Of a stretch of 64,000 nucleotides of DNA, positions 32,356-42,247 are shown piece after piece. The notes beneath the pieces were generated by a model. That model was given only the letters and a program-made list of their open reading frames with translations. It was not told the origin of the DNA and made no database searches. Source of the stretch: Candidatus Bathyarchaeota archaeon. Its GTDB lineage: Archaea; Thermoproteota; Bathyarchaeia; Bathyarchaeales; Bathycorpusculaceae. Numbering within the stretch: the stretch's first letter is position 1; every line of letters starts with the position of its first letter. The DNA lies in the NCBI GenBank assembly GCA_963815095.1, contig CAWFFH010000003.1:1440001-1504000 (forward strand). The letters run 5' to 3'. The position numbers were made by a program, and so were the translations under genes.

Positions 32356-32853
32356 TTAGAGTTCGATTATTCTTGCTTGCCATTTAAGTGTGTCTAAGAT
32401 TGCAAGGGTAGGTTTTCCTGTTAGGTATCCGCAGAGTTCTCCAGGGTTTATGGAGAGGGTTTTGCCTTTTTGTTCGATGCCCTTGTTGTGGGAGTGCCCG
32501 TGGATTACAGCGTCAAAGTAGCCGCTGTCAATTAAGGCGTTTAGAAGTTCTGTTTCGTGTCCATGGAGCAGGCCGATTCGGTAGCCTTCTGTGGTTAATT
32601 GGGTGAATCTGTCGTGGATGGTGCAGTTGGCAGTTTCGCTAAAGCGTTTTTTTAATAGTTCGTGATCGCCATCGTTGTTGCCAAATACCCCAATGAGTGG
32701 GCAGTTTAGCTTAGCTAATTTTGGGATAACAAAACCGGCAACGTAGTCGCCTGCGTGAAGCACCAAGCCGACTTTTTGCTCGTTTAGAATCTTCACAGCT
32801 TTTTCTATCAGAGGCAAATTATCATGAGTGTCCGAGATTGCGCCAATCAACAT
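32356..32853 (-). CDS. Metallophosphoesterase (YfcE/MJ0936 family)
   Basis: SDTHD, HAGD, GNND, LLHG, GHSH, NPG. Confidence 0.92.
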   Translation of the reverse strand: MLIGAISDTHDNLPLIEKAVKILNEQKVGLVLHAGDYVAGFVIPKLAKLNCPLIGVFGNNDGDHELLKKRFSETANCTIHDRFTQLTTEGYRIGLLHGHETELLNALIDSGYFDAVIHGHSHNKGIEQKGKTLSINPGELCGYLTGKPTLAILDTLKWQARIIEL

Positions 32854-33024
32854 ATCTGTTCACACTTGTTTTTTCGCGCATTAAGAAATAAATGTTTACT
32901 GCAAAGGACAGAGGAAGCATTTGAAAAAATTACAGTTTAAGAAAGACTTTTCCATTGGTAAGCATATTGGAAATTAAAACCTTAAAAATAAAACGGTAAA
33001 TAAAAGAGATAGAAGTGAACAGCC

Positions 33025-33324
33025 ATAACAAGGACTAAACGCAAACGAAGAGACCAACTAACGATAATGGCTAACATAATAGAAATCGCCAAAGAAGGTG
33101 CTCTCAAAACCCAAATAATGTACAAAGCAAACCTGAGCTTCACACAACTCAACAATTACATATCATTTTTAATTAGTAACAATCTGTTAACCCGGACAAT
33201 TTTTGATGGCAGAGAAGGCTACACAGTTACCGAGCAAGGGCTAGATTTTCTTCAAAAACACAGCAGATTAGTCCAACTTCTAAAGATCTCTGGTAGCTCT
33301 AGAAAAAATGAGGTTTATCTCTGA
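33025..33324 (+). CDS. Archaeal winged-helix regulator; probable ATA start at 33025 (first ATG 33067)
   Basis: KRRDQLTIMANII...KTQIMYKANLSF...YTVTEQG. Confidence 0.8.
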   Translation: MTRTKRKRRDQLTIMANIIEIAKEGALKTQIMYKANLSFTQLNNYISFLISNNLLTRTIFDGREGYTVTEQGLDFLQKHSRLVQLLKISGSSRKNEVYL

Positions 33325-33354
33325 CTGACTGCACTCAAAAAAACTTGAGGAAAT

Positions 33355-34074
33355 TTAGCACTTCTCAAGTACAGAGGGCAATTCACTTAGGCTTTTAATG
33401 GTATGATCCGGACAAAATCGTTCTGAGGCTTTTTGTTCGCGGCGTTCGATATAGATGGATTTCATTCCTATTGCTTTGGGGCCTTCAATGTCTGCGTCAA
33501 TGGTGTCCCCGACAAAAACTGCTTCAGTCGCATAAACACCTACCGTTTTCAATGCATTTTGAAAAATTTCTGGGCATGGCTTGCGTTTGTTAATAGCTGC
33601 AGAAACCACAATTACTTCAAAAAATCCATCCAAACCAGCCGCTATGAGTAACTTGTGAACACATTCTGGAATAGCAAAGTTGGAGACGATTCCCAGCTTG
33701 TATTTTCCATGCAACTTCTTGAGCATTGCTTTAGCGTTCACATCTATTCGGACAAATTTCATGAATTCCTCACAAAACTCATTTGTTGCAGCCGCTACAA
33801 GAGGGCTTGAAACATCATAATTGTAGCCTAAACTTTTCAGTGCTTCAAAAACGCGGACGTTAAAGTGGGGTTCTTCCCAATTCAAATCTGCTTTGGCGTA
33901 GAGGCAGTCACGCGCTTCAATGTACGCTGCGTTAAACTTTTCAAAAGGAACCTCTATGCCGTTTTTGTGGAGGTACCGATACATTCTCATTAGAGATGGA
34001 CTGTAAAACTCATGATTCTTCTCAATCATCATAAGGGTATCGAACATGTCAAACAAGACGGCTTTAATCGGCAT
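33355..34074 (-). CDS. HAD-superfamily hydrolase
   Basis: FDMFDT, IVSN, RKP, FVGD...DIEG. Confidence 0.9.
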   Translation of the reverse strand: MPIKAVLFDMFDTLMMIEKNHEFYSPSLMRMYRYLHKNGIEVPFEKFNAAYIEARDCLYAKADLNWEEPHFNVRVFEALKSLGYNYDVSSPLVAAATNEFCEEFMKFVRIDVNAKAMLKKLHGKYKLGIVSNFAIPECVHKLLIAAGLDGFFEVIVVSAAINKRKPCPEIFQNALKTVGVYATEAVFVGDTIDADIEGPKAIGMKSIYIERREQKASERFCPDHTIKSLSELPSVLEKC

Positions 34075-34123
34075 CAAATTTCCTGAATTTAAGGCTGGTT
34101 GAACCTTAAAATTCTTATCGCAC

Positions 34124-35404
34124 CTAAACGGGCCTTTTTTCATTTTGCCGCCCTAACCTTTTACGCACCCAATAGTAGGCTGTTCCTGCTATTAAGAAGA
34201 TTACTCCAACCAACCAAGCTTGTGGCGAAGCAAATAGAATAAAAGCTAACAACAATATGCAAGTCGCTAACCCCAGCAACGGCAGAAACCTCAGCCATCC
34301 ACCCCCATTCTTCAGTTTAAAAGCTGCAACGTTAGTGATCGAATAGTTAAACAAAAGAGCAAACGTGCTGATTGCTACTACCTGCGTCAAATCGACAAAT
34401 AAAACCAAAACTGCCATCAAAACTCCACTAACCAAAATCGCCCAATAGGGCGTTAGAAACCTGCTATGCAACCGAGCCAAAGCAGACGGCAAATCATTGC
34501 GGCGCGCCATCGAATAAGCCATACGGGAAACGCCCAGAATCGCTGTCAGCAAAACGCTTGCCGTAGCCACCAAACCGCCAACAGCAATAATTTGAACAGC
34601 CAGAGAATTGCCCGTGGTACCAATAGCGGCACTTAGAGGAGACGACGACGCAGCAAGGCCAACGGAACCCAACAAACCCACAGCCACTAACCCGACTAAA
34701 ACATAAACAACCATCGAAATCCCAAGCGACAACAACATTGCACGAGGCACATTTCGCTTAGCATCCTTCACTTCCTCAGCGACTACTGATACTCTTGCGA
34801 AACCGCCGTAAGCGAAAAAGATAAAGAATGTTCCATAGAGCACGCCGCTTGAAAGGGGGACGAACGGACTGAAATTTCCTGTGTTAATATGCAAAACGCC
34901 AAAAGAAACAAAAAACGCCAATGCTGCAAGTTTAATGGTGACTAAAACATTGTTGACTTTTGCAGATTCTCTAGCTCCAACTAAATTTAGCCCTGTAAAC
35001 CCCAAACACAAAATAGCTGCAACTATGCCTGTTGGCAAACTTGGGAACGCCGACTTCAAATAATAGGCAAACCCAAGCGAGACGGCTGCTCCTGTGAATG
35101 TGTTTGCGATCAGCCACATCCAACCAGCTAGAAAGCCAGCGTAGGGTGAAACTAGCTGGCGTCCGTATTCGTAGACGCCGCCTTCGACTGGTTGCCAAGT
35201 GGTTAATTTTGTAAAGCTCCAGGCTGTGATGAAAGCTATTATGCCTGCGATAACCATGGATACGACAAGTGCGGAGCCGGCGTAACCTGCTACGATGCCT
35301 GTGACAACAAAGATTCCGCCACCTATGATGGCGCCAACGTTGATAGCAACGGCGCTCCACAACCCAATTGAGCGTTTAAGTTTTCTGGGTTCCTGTTTCT
35401 CCAC
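34124..35404 (-). CDS. APC-family amino acid permease
   Basis: GAIIGGGIF, GGVYEY, FFAYGGF, AEEVKD; about 12 TMs. Confidence 0.92.
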   Translation of the reverse strand: MEKQEPRKLKRSIGLWSAVAINVGAIIGGGIFVVTGIVAGYAGSALVVSMVIAGIIAFITAWSFTKLTTWQPVEGGVYEYGRQLVSPYAGFLAGWMWLIANTFTGAAVSLGFAYYLKSAFPSLPTGIVAAILCLGFTGLNLVGARESAKVNNVLVTIKLAALAFFVSFGVLHINTGNFSPFVPLSSGVLYGTFFIFFAYGGFARVSVVAEEVKDAKRNVPRAMLLSLGISMVVYVLVGLVAVGLLGSVGLAASSSPLSAAIGTTGNSLAVQIIAVGGLVATASVLLTAILGVSRMAYSMARRNDLPSALARLHSRFLTPYWAILVSGVLMAVLVLFVDLTQVVAISTFALLFNYSITNVAAFKLKNGGGWLRFLPLLGLATCILLLAFILFASPQAWLVGVIFLIAGTAYYWVRKRLGRQNEKRPV

Positions 35405-35458
35405 TCAGACCACGGCTAGCCAAACTCAAGCGTTTTGCCTATTAAAACCTTGCAAGCG

Positions 35459-38359
35459 CTATTTGTCCCAGAATTCTCTTGTTCGCAGGTATTGCACCTT
35501 CGCTTTGAGCAGGTCCATGTAGAAAGTGTCTTCATCGGGGTGCATTTTTCCCAAAATCCTCGATGCTGTCTCGGGACCAACCCCTTTTACCTGAAGGGCG
35601 CGAACCGCCTGTTTTCCATAACTTAGAATTAGGTCGGCTTTGCGTCGGGCGTTGCTGAGGTCTTTGAGTTCTTCAGGCGTGAGCTCTTTACCCTCGCGGC
35701 GCTTCTGTAAATCTCCTTTCAATTTCTCCACATCTTGACTGAAATACAGCAGTGTTAGGAGGCGTGAGTGACAGTTTCCACATTCTGGCTCTTCGGGTAG
35801 GTCTTTGATTCGCGTTTGTGCAGTCCATGTGCCGCAGTGCATGCAGAGCAGTTTGGCAACTCGTACGTCGATGGAGTGTTTCATTCGGTCGATGTTGGTT
35901 AAGAGTAAGCGTTCCGGAGTCATGAGTTCGGCTGTGTCGGCATACTGCATTAGAATGTGGTAGGCGAAGGGTGTGGGTTTTTCACGGATGATTGTGCTGA
36001 CTGTGATTTTTCCGTCTCTTATGTCGCCCAGAATCTGTTTAACTTGGGGCAAGTCAACTTTATCCATCATAGCTTCCCGAATAGTTTCATCGTAGATTGG
36101 GGTGTCTTTGAAAGCGGCTTGCAGTTTTTCAGCGCGATCCGAGTGGGCTAAGGGTCTTCCTCTTGGTAGAGCGCCAAAACGCTCGGCTACAGCCTTCATT
36201 CGGCTAACAAAGGGAAATTTGGAGTTAACATAATTGAGGAAAGCCTCATCTACTCGATCGTCAGACAAGCCAAAAAGCTCTTTTTGCAAGCCTTCAACCT
36301 CTTGCTTGGAGGGTTTGTGGCTGGTCTCGATTAATATGCGGTAGCCGTCGGTCCACCAACCAGTAATTGCTTCCCGCTCTGAGAGAATTGAATCGAAAAT
36401 TCCGCCCAAAGTGCGGTTGACTAGCTCGCCAAAGCATGCGTGGACCACAATGTAGCGGTCCAAAACCTCGATGACTATGCGGTTCTGCGTGGGCAGAGGG
36501 GCGCCGTCTTTAATGTGCTCAGCAATCTCCAAGACAGTGTCCGAGAGTGTTTCTTTATTCGTTTTCATCTCCACGGCTAACTCTTCTGACGCTTCTTGGG
36601 GCTTTTTGCCCTGTTTTATCAGTTGTCCGACTTTTTCCCGCATCACGCCTGTCTGCTGCGCTAAATCGAAGGGGACAGGCAGGATTTCTCCATCCCACCC
36701 TGGAATAGCCGCTGATGGGTCTTCAGCGGGTAAAACGTGTACCGTGCCGGTTTCATCTTCAATTTGGACGATGCGCCAAACCTTTCCCCGCATAACAAAA
36801 TTCAAACCCACACGCGCGTGAAGAGTCATGAATTCGTCGCCTAAAGTGCCGATTTTGCGGTCACTTATTATGTTGACTACGGGGTAGCGTTTCTCGTCGG
36901 GGATCATAGATAGGTTGCTGTAGTAGTATTCGCGTGTTCGTCCGGTTTTTTTCAAAACTTTTCCTTCCTCTTCAGTTCTTAGTTTGTGGAGGCTTTCCAA
37001 AAACTGCACCACATCTTGGAGCTGTTGTTGTGTTAGGGTGCTGTATGGATAAGCCCTCTGAATTATGGTTAATAGTTCTTGTTGGGTGATGGTTTCTTTG
37101 TCCATGAGGACGCCGGCGATTTGATGCGCTAAAACGTCTAAGGCGTTTTTGTGGAATAGTACTGGTTCGATTTTGCCTGCTTTGGCGTTTGCGACTGCGG
37201 CTATGGATTCTAAGGTGTCATCTGGGAATGCTGTGATGATGATGCCTTCTGAGAGGCGCTCTAAGCTGTGGCCGCTTCTGCCTACACGTTGGATAAGGCT
37301 GCTGACTTGCCTTGGAGACATGTACTGTATAACCAAATCTACATTGCCGATGTCTACACCTAACTCGAGTGTGCTTGTGCAGATTATCGCTTTTATGGTT
37401 CCCGCTTTGAAGGCATCTTCGGTCAGAACCCTTTCTTCACGGGATAAAGACCCATGGTGCACCGCTATGTCTGTTCGACCCAGCTGGTCAAATCTGTGCC
37501 CAAGTAATTCTGCAATGGTGCGGCTGTTCACAAAGACCAATGTGGATTTGTGGGTGTCGATTAATTCGATTAGTCGGCGGATTCTTGTTGCGGCTTCAGG
37601 TGCGGTTTCCAGTTTTGCGGCTAATTCGTAGTCTTTTTCGGTTGGCGTTAAATATTCGACGCGGTAACGGTAGTTTTTGGCTAAAACCGCTTGTACGATA
37701 TTGATTTCTCGTTTGGTTCCAGCGATGAAACGGGCAACTTCCAGGGGGTTGCCCACAGTTGCTGATAACCCGATTCTTTGGAACTCTTTGCCTCTTGCTT
37801 CAACTATTCGTTCCAGCGCTATAGTCAATTGGGCGCCCCGTTTGTTCTCCGCCAAATCATGCACCTCATCAATAATTACGCATTGCACGTTGCCAAGGTG
37901 TCTTCGCATCTGGGAACCAGGCAAAATCGCTTGCAAAGTTTCAGGTGTGGTGACGAGCATTTGGGGCGGTTTTAGTGCTTGTTTTCGGCGAATCTTCATT
38001 TCTGTATCGCCATGCCGAACCTCAACTGTTATGTCGAGTTGTTGGCTCCAAAACGTTAAGCGCTTAAACATGTCACGGTTCAAAGCCCTCAAAGGCGTAA
38101 TGTAGATTACTTGAATGCCTTTTTGATCCTGATTTTTCTGTTCGATGAGTTTGGAGAAGATTGGGAGCAGAACGGCTTCGGTTTTGCCTGTGCCTGTGGG
38201 CGCAATTAAAAGCACGTTTTTGCCTTCTAAAATCGGTGGAAAAGCCAGAGTTTGAGGCAAAGTGGGTTCAGAGAATCCAAGCGTCGCTAAGGCTTTGCGT
38301 ACGGGTTTGGCGAGTAATTCGAAAACAGAATTGGAGCCTTCAAGCTGCATTTTCTTCAT
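35459..38359 (-). CDS. lhr: Lhr-like SF2 DEAH helicase with C-terminal Cys motif
   Basis: APTGTGKT, TPLRAL, DEVH, SAT, HHGSL, QRVGRSGH, SMIPDE, CMHC...CGNC. Confidence 0.9.
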   Translation of the reverse strand: MKKMQLEGSNSVFELLAKPVRKALATLGFSEPTLPQTLAFPPILEGKNVLLIAPTGTGKTEAVLLPIFSKLIEQKNQDQKGIQVIYITPLRALNRDMFKRLTFWSQQLDITVEVRHGDTEMKIRRKQALKPPQMLVTTPETLQAILPGSQMRRHLGNVQCVIIDEVHDLAENKRGAQLTIALERIVEARGKEFQRIGLSATVGNPLEVARFIAGTKREINIVQAVLAKNYRYRVEYLTPTEKDYELAAKLETAPEAATRIRRLIELIDTHKSTLVFVNSRTIAELLGHRFDQLGRTDIAVHHGSLSREERVLTEDAFKAGTIKAIICTSTLELGVDIGNVDLVIQYMSPRQVSSLIQRVGRSGHSLERLSEGIIITAFPDDTLESIAAVANAKAGKIEPVLFHKNALDVLAHQIAGVLMDKETITQQELLTIIQRAYPYSTLTQQQLQDVVQFLESLHKLRTEEEGKVLKKTGRTREYYYSNLSMIPDEKRYPVVNIISDRKIGTLGDEFMTLHARVGLNFVMRGKVWRIVQIEDETGTVHVLPAEDPSAAIPGWDGEILPVPFDLAQQTGVMREKVGQLIKQGKKPQEASEELAVEMKTNKETLSDTVLEIAEHIKDGAPLPTQNRIVIEVLDRYIVVHACFGELVNRTLGGIFDSILSEREAITGWWTDGYRILIETSHKPSKQEVEGLQKELFGLSDDRVDEAFLNYVNSKFPFVSRMKAVAERFGALPRGRPLAHSDRAEKLQAAFKDTPIYDETIREAMMDKVDLPQVKQILGDIRDGKITVSTIIREKPTPFAYHILMQYADTAELMTPERLLLTNIDRMKHSIDVRVAKLLCMHCGTWTAQTRIKDLPEEPECGNCHSRLLTLLYFSQDVEKLKGDLQKRREGKELTPEELKDLSNARRKADLILSYGKQAVRALQVKGVGPETASRILGKMHPDEDTFYMDLLKAKVQYLRTREFWDK

Positions 38360-39007
38360 TTAAAGTACCGTGAAATGTTTGTTTTAACTCTTTAGTTTGA
38401 CCAAGACTAATTTGCCTAATTGTTGATATGGTCAGCTTTTTTATTTAATGCCGGAAGAAAGGTTTTGCTTTTTTAGAAAACCGTAGCAAAGTAACTTCTG
38501 TTTTGGGTTTTTGCGTGTGACAAAAAGTGCGGTTTGATGTGTGAAATGTTATGTTTTGTTTGGTAAAATTTGGCGGAATGTTCCAATTTATGATGAATGT
38601 GTCTGTTGTAAATGGGGTTTTGGGGTGTTGGATATGGCTTGTTTGGGGTGGTTTTTGGTTAAGGGGTTGTTTTTGGGGTTTTTGCGGTTCCCTATTTTGT
38701 CGTTTTTTGGCGTGTTTTGGCCTGTTTTGGAGGTGTTTTGTCGTGTTTGGTAGGGTTTTTGATTTGAAATGGCGTAGTAGCTTTAAGCGTGGGCTGAGGT
38801 TTGGCGTGTAGATAGTTGTGTTGAGAGTTTGGTGCAGGTCAATTGTGAGGAGGTGGGGGTATGTTGGGGTTTTTTTCTGTGTTGATTGTTTGTCAATAAA
38901 TCTTGTTAGGTTAAGTGTGTTTTAGTAACTCGTGTTTTTGGTTATGCTGTATCTATATGTTGTTTATTTTAATTAAGAAAATGAGAAAGTTAGGACAATA
39001 TATGTCC

Positions 39008-39859
39008 TTAACTTACTTGTAGTTCTTGAATGAATGTTCCGTGCCAGGTATGGAACCAGACCTGTCCGCTGTACCCGTTGACGCTTAGCATCCCATAGGT
39101 TGCTGCGCCGTTAAGCACTTCGATAGTATAGTAGCCATAGGATGTGGTAACGTCGCCAGTTGTTGCCCCGCTTATGTAGGTGTTTAGGTATTGTTGTGCG
39201 TCTGTTGTTGCTTGTTCAGGTGTTACTGTCATGGTTGTGGTTGGGGTTCCAAAGATGCCACCCAAGATTCCTCCGCGCATCATGCCGTACTTGGTGTTCC
39301 ACATCATGTTAGGACCCATCTCTGGATAGATGCTGCCAGTGTACTTGTTTATGAGTAGTTCGAATGCTCCGTTGCCGGTGCTTTTTTCATTAACTTGGAC
39401 GTAGAAGTTGTTTGTGTATTCTTCTACTTGCTTAACCACCAGGTCGGGGTTGCCGGTTGATGAGACGTAGTTTTCTGCGATGGTTTCTGCGTTTGCTATG
39501 GTTAGTGGTGTTCCTGTATAGGTGTAGGGCGCATTGTATCCGTATCCGCCCATCATTCCACTAAAGCCTAGTCGACCCATCATTCCACCGAACATGGAAG
39601 GGTAAACTGGTTGATAATACTGAGTTGAAGGAGCAGTTGTGCTGGGTTGTTGGGTTGTGTATGGAGAGTTGTTGTATCCATAGCCGTACCCGTAGCCTCC
39701 CATCATTCCTCCACCTCTATAGCCGCCTCCCATCATGCCGCCGCCATAGCCTCCTAAAAAGTTTGAGGCAAACGGTCCCATGGCTGCTGCCGTGGAAACT
39801 AATAGTGCAGCTGCAACGAACGCAACTGCGACGAATGTTATTATTTTCCAACTTTTCAT
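39008..39859 (-). CDS. Secreted Gly/Met-rich (GGMMG) protein with PepSY-like domains
   Basis: Signal peptide; repeated GGMMG; PEMGPNMMWNTKYG; VWFHTWHG. Confidence 0.7.
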   Translation of the reverse strand: MKSWKIITFVAVAFVAAALLVSTAAAMGPFASNFLGGYGGGMMGGGYRGGGMMGGYGYGYGYNNSPYTTQQPSTTAPSTQYYQPVYPSMFGGMMGRLGFSGMMGGYGYNAPYTYTGTPLTIANAETIAENYVSSTGNPDLVVKQVEEYTNNFYVQVNEKSTGNGAFELLINKYTGSIYPEMGPNMMWNTKYGMMRGGILGGIFGTPTTTMTVTPEQATTDAQQYLNTYISGATTGDVTTSYGYYTIEVLNGAATYGMLSVNGYSGQVWFHTWHGTFIQELQVS

Positions 39860-39922
39860 TTTTATTTTACCTCCAATTTTATCTTAAGCATATAATGGTA
39901 TTCGAATGATATGATAGTTGGC

Positions 39923-39952
39923 TGAAACAGATGTGAAACAGTTTTGAAACCG
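39923..39952. promoter_or_regulatory. Three direct repeats TGAAAC[AC]G with 11-bp period
   Basis: Copies start at 39923, 39934 and 39945, upstream of the GGMMG gene. Confidence 0.6.
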
Positions 39953-40090
39953 TGGGTTTTCAGGTAAACCTTGGAGGATTCTAAACCAACTACCATTTCT
40001 TTGAATAAGATTCCCTAAAATCATGCTATTATCAAAAAAATTGGGTAGTCAGCCATTTATTGGCTGATACTTCGGTTGTTGATCCCGTAA

Positions 40091-40966
40091 CTATGGGATT
40101 TGGTCTTTTACCAGAGTGCTTGTAAAGGTAATAAGCGAGTTGTAGTTTGCATTGGTGCCAAGTTGGCTGGAGCTGGACATAGTTAGCTCTACGGTGCTTT
40201 GAATCTGTTTGCATGTGCCCATTTCCAAATAGGATTGCCCTGAGACATCAAAGTTAAGGCTTAAAGATTTGGCTTGATTTTGCTCGGGCGTTGTTTGCGA
40301 AAAGTCAAGGCGGAAAACCTTAAAGTTTCCACCTTTAACTGATAGATCCTGAATAGCTACAAACTTTACATTTATTTCTGAAGCGGGGGAAGAGCTTAAT
40401 GCAGTGGTGGTGAGTGGAATTTGCCATTCGTCTCCAACTTTGGCTTGGGTTTGATTAAAGAATGCTGTTTCTACGGGATTGCTATTGTTTGTGGGCGTTG
40501 CATATTGCTGAAGTGCGACGGGTAGCAGAGTTAGAAGGTTAACCATGTCGGTTTCTTTTACTTCCATGAGTCGCGAAGTTGTCATCGAGTACCCTAATAC
40601 CGAGGATGTGGTTGTGTAGTTTAAGGTGTAGGTGTCACCAACCAAACTTATCACTTCAACAGTTAAGGTACTTTGAGCACTTAGGTTGGTAGATGTATTT
40701 CCACTCTGACTTGAAGTTGAGGTAGTTACTTCGTAGGTCAGTTTTTCTCCTGTTGAGTAATGAACGCCTAAAGAAATTACATTCGCGTTGCTAGATGGAA
40801 CATAAAATACTGCAGTCAAAATAACTGCAATCGCTATGATAGCAGCCACGGTAAGGTAAAGTTTCTTTCCAAACCGTTTTTTAGATAACGCCTGTCCAGT
40901 CGGCTGCTCCGAAGGACCAGAAGCGGGTAGTGCCGCACTAATTGTTCGAAATAATTTGTTTTCCAT
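40091..40966 (-). CDS. Membrane-anchored Ser/Thr-rich beta-strand protein
   Basis: N-terminal TM; GEKLTYEVT, AKVGDEW, SVKGGNFKVFR. Confidence 0.7.
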   Translation of the reverse strand: MENKLFRTISAALPASGPSEQPTGQALSKKRFGKKLYLTVAAIIAIAVILTAVFYVPSSNANVISLGVHYSTGEKLTYEVTTSTSSQSGNTSTNLSAQSTLTVEVISLVGDTYTLNYTTTSSVLGYSMTTSRLMEVKETDMVNLLTLLPVALQQYATPTNNSNPVETAFFNQTQAKVGDEWQIPLTTTALSSSPASEINVKFVAIQDLSVKGGNFKVFRLDFSQTTPEQNQAKSLSLNFDVSGQSYLEMGTCKQIQSTVELTMSSSSQLGTNANYNSLITFTSTLVKDQIP

Positions 40967-41040
40967 ATGGGTCATTCCAAGACTAAATTTTTCTAAATAC
41001 CCTAAATTGCTATTTCGTTTCATTTACTATTTAAGACTTG

Positions 41041-42126
41041 CTAGGTCACCAAATTTGCATTTGAAATTCCCTTTAAATTTTTAGTTGACTTATTTTGGGG
41101 TTGAGAAAATAGAGGAGGAATTTTTTTTCTGCCTCGAATAATCAGCGGCATCCCTACAAGGATGAAGGCTAATCCCCACAGGTTAGGGTTATGCAGTGGA
41201 CCAATCACCTCGTACCAGACGCTTGGGTGCGCTTCATAGCTGCCCGTGAGGTAGTAGTAGAGAGTGTTGAAGAGGAAGTAGCTGCCAAAAGCCACCATAA
41301 CGGCGCCAACTCGGGTCAGATTCAGAGGGGCCGCTGGTTTTTTGATTGCAGGCAGAACTATTACCAAAGCGGTTGCAGCAAGCGCGAATAACCCAAAAAC
41401 GGTTAACGTGAAACTTAGCAGATTTGAGGGTTGAAGCAGAAAGTCTAAGCCGTACACTTCATACGCGCGAGGGTAAGGCACCATAGTAGCTGCCCAAAGC
41501 ATCGCATAATTAAACCAGAAAACCACAAAAAGGTATGCAACGCCAGTTAAGCAACTCCACTTGAGAATTTCCTGTAAAGGCGCCTCAAACTTGATTTTTG
41601 AGCGGAGTTTTAGTAAGATTGGCGGAACAACCAGAACGATTGCTAAGCAAGGAATTGCAGTGCCAAACAGCAAAATATGCTCGGGGGTGTGGTCGAAGTA
41701 GAAGAGGTAGTCGCTGGTTAAGTTGTAGGCGAAGGCGGCAATTATCGACGGAATTAAAGCCAAGAAAAATCCGGCTTCCAAAAGCAGTGCCCGAGCCGCG
41801 TTTTTTCTGATTGTTGGCGTGGCTGTGTCTTTTTTTCTCCACCAAAGAAAAGCCGCGTAAAACGCAAATGCACCTGCAAAGGCGCGCATAACAATTGCCA
41901 CTGAACCTGCTACGCCCTCGCTGCCATAATAGAGAACTATCCACCACCAAGGGTTCTTGGTCACCAAACCGTAGACGTAGTGATCGGTCGTTAACTGCAA
42001 ACTGAACTGCAGCCCGTAAACTGCAAAGTACAGTGCGTACCCAAGGTAAACGGTAACTAAAATTAAAACCCAAAATCGAATTGACCCTGCATATTTTTCA
42101 AGCCATTTTCCCATAAAGCTCACCAC
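41041..42126 (-). CDS. Hypothetical polytopic membrane protein
   Basis: 361 aa, about 8 hydrophobic segments. Confidence 0.75.
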   Translation of the reverse strand: MVSFMGKWLEKYAGSIRFWVLILVTVYLGYALYFAVYGLQFSLQLTTDHYVYGLVTKNPWWWIVLYYGSEGVAGSVAIVMRAFAGAFAFYAAFLWWRKKDTATPTIRKNAARALLLEAGFFLALIPSIIAAFAYNLTSDYLFYFDHTPEHILLFGTAIPCLAIVLVVPPILLKLRSKIKFEAPLQEILKWSCLTGVAYLFVVFWFNYAMLWAATMVPYPRAYEVYGLDFLLQPSNLLSFTLTVFGLFALAATALVIVLPAIKKPAAPLNLTRVGAVMVAFGSYFLFNTLYYYLTGSYEAHPSVWYEVIGPLHNPNLWGLAFILVGMPLIIRGRKKIPPLFSQPQNKSTKNLKGISNANLVT

Positions 42127-42247
42127 TCGATTTGTGGGCTAACGGTAATTTAGTTCTACTCAAGGAACAAACTGTTCCAGCTTTGGAACAGACAAAATAA
42201 ATTGTAGAGGGGGAAACTTTTCCAAAATGTCTTATTTTCTACGATAA

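Noticed and set aside
38541-38811. Two ORFs rich in F/G/V/L/W
   Set aside because: Products of the G+T-skewed tract; no SD or family features
42172-42212. CTGTTCCAGCTTTGGAACAG followed by GGGGG as a possible ORB/replication origin
   Set aside because: Spacing between TTCCA and TGGAA does not match the ORB core, it is single-copy and 13 kb from cdc6; more likely a simple hairpin or operator
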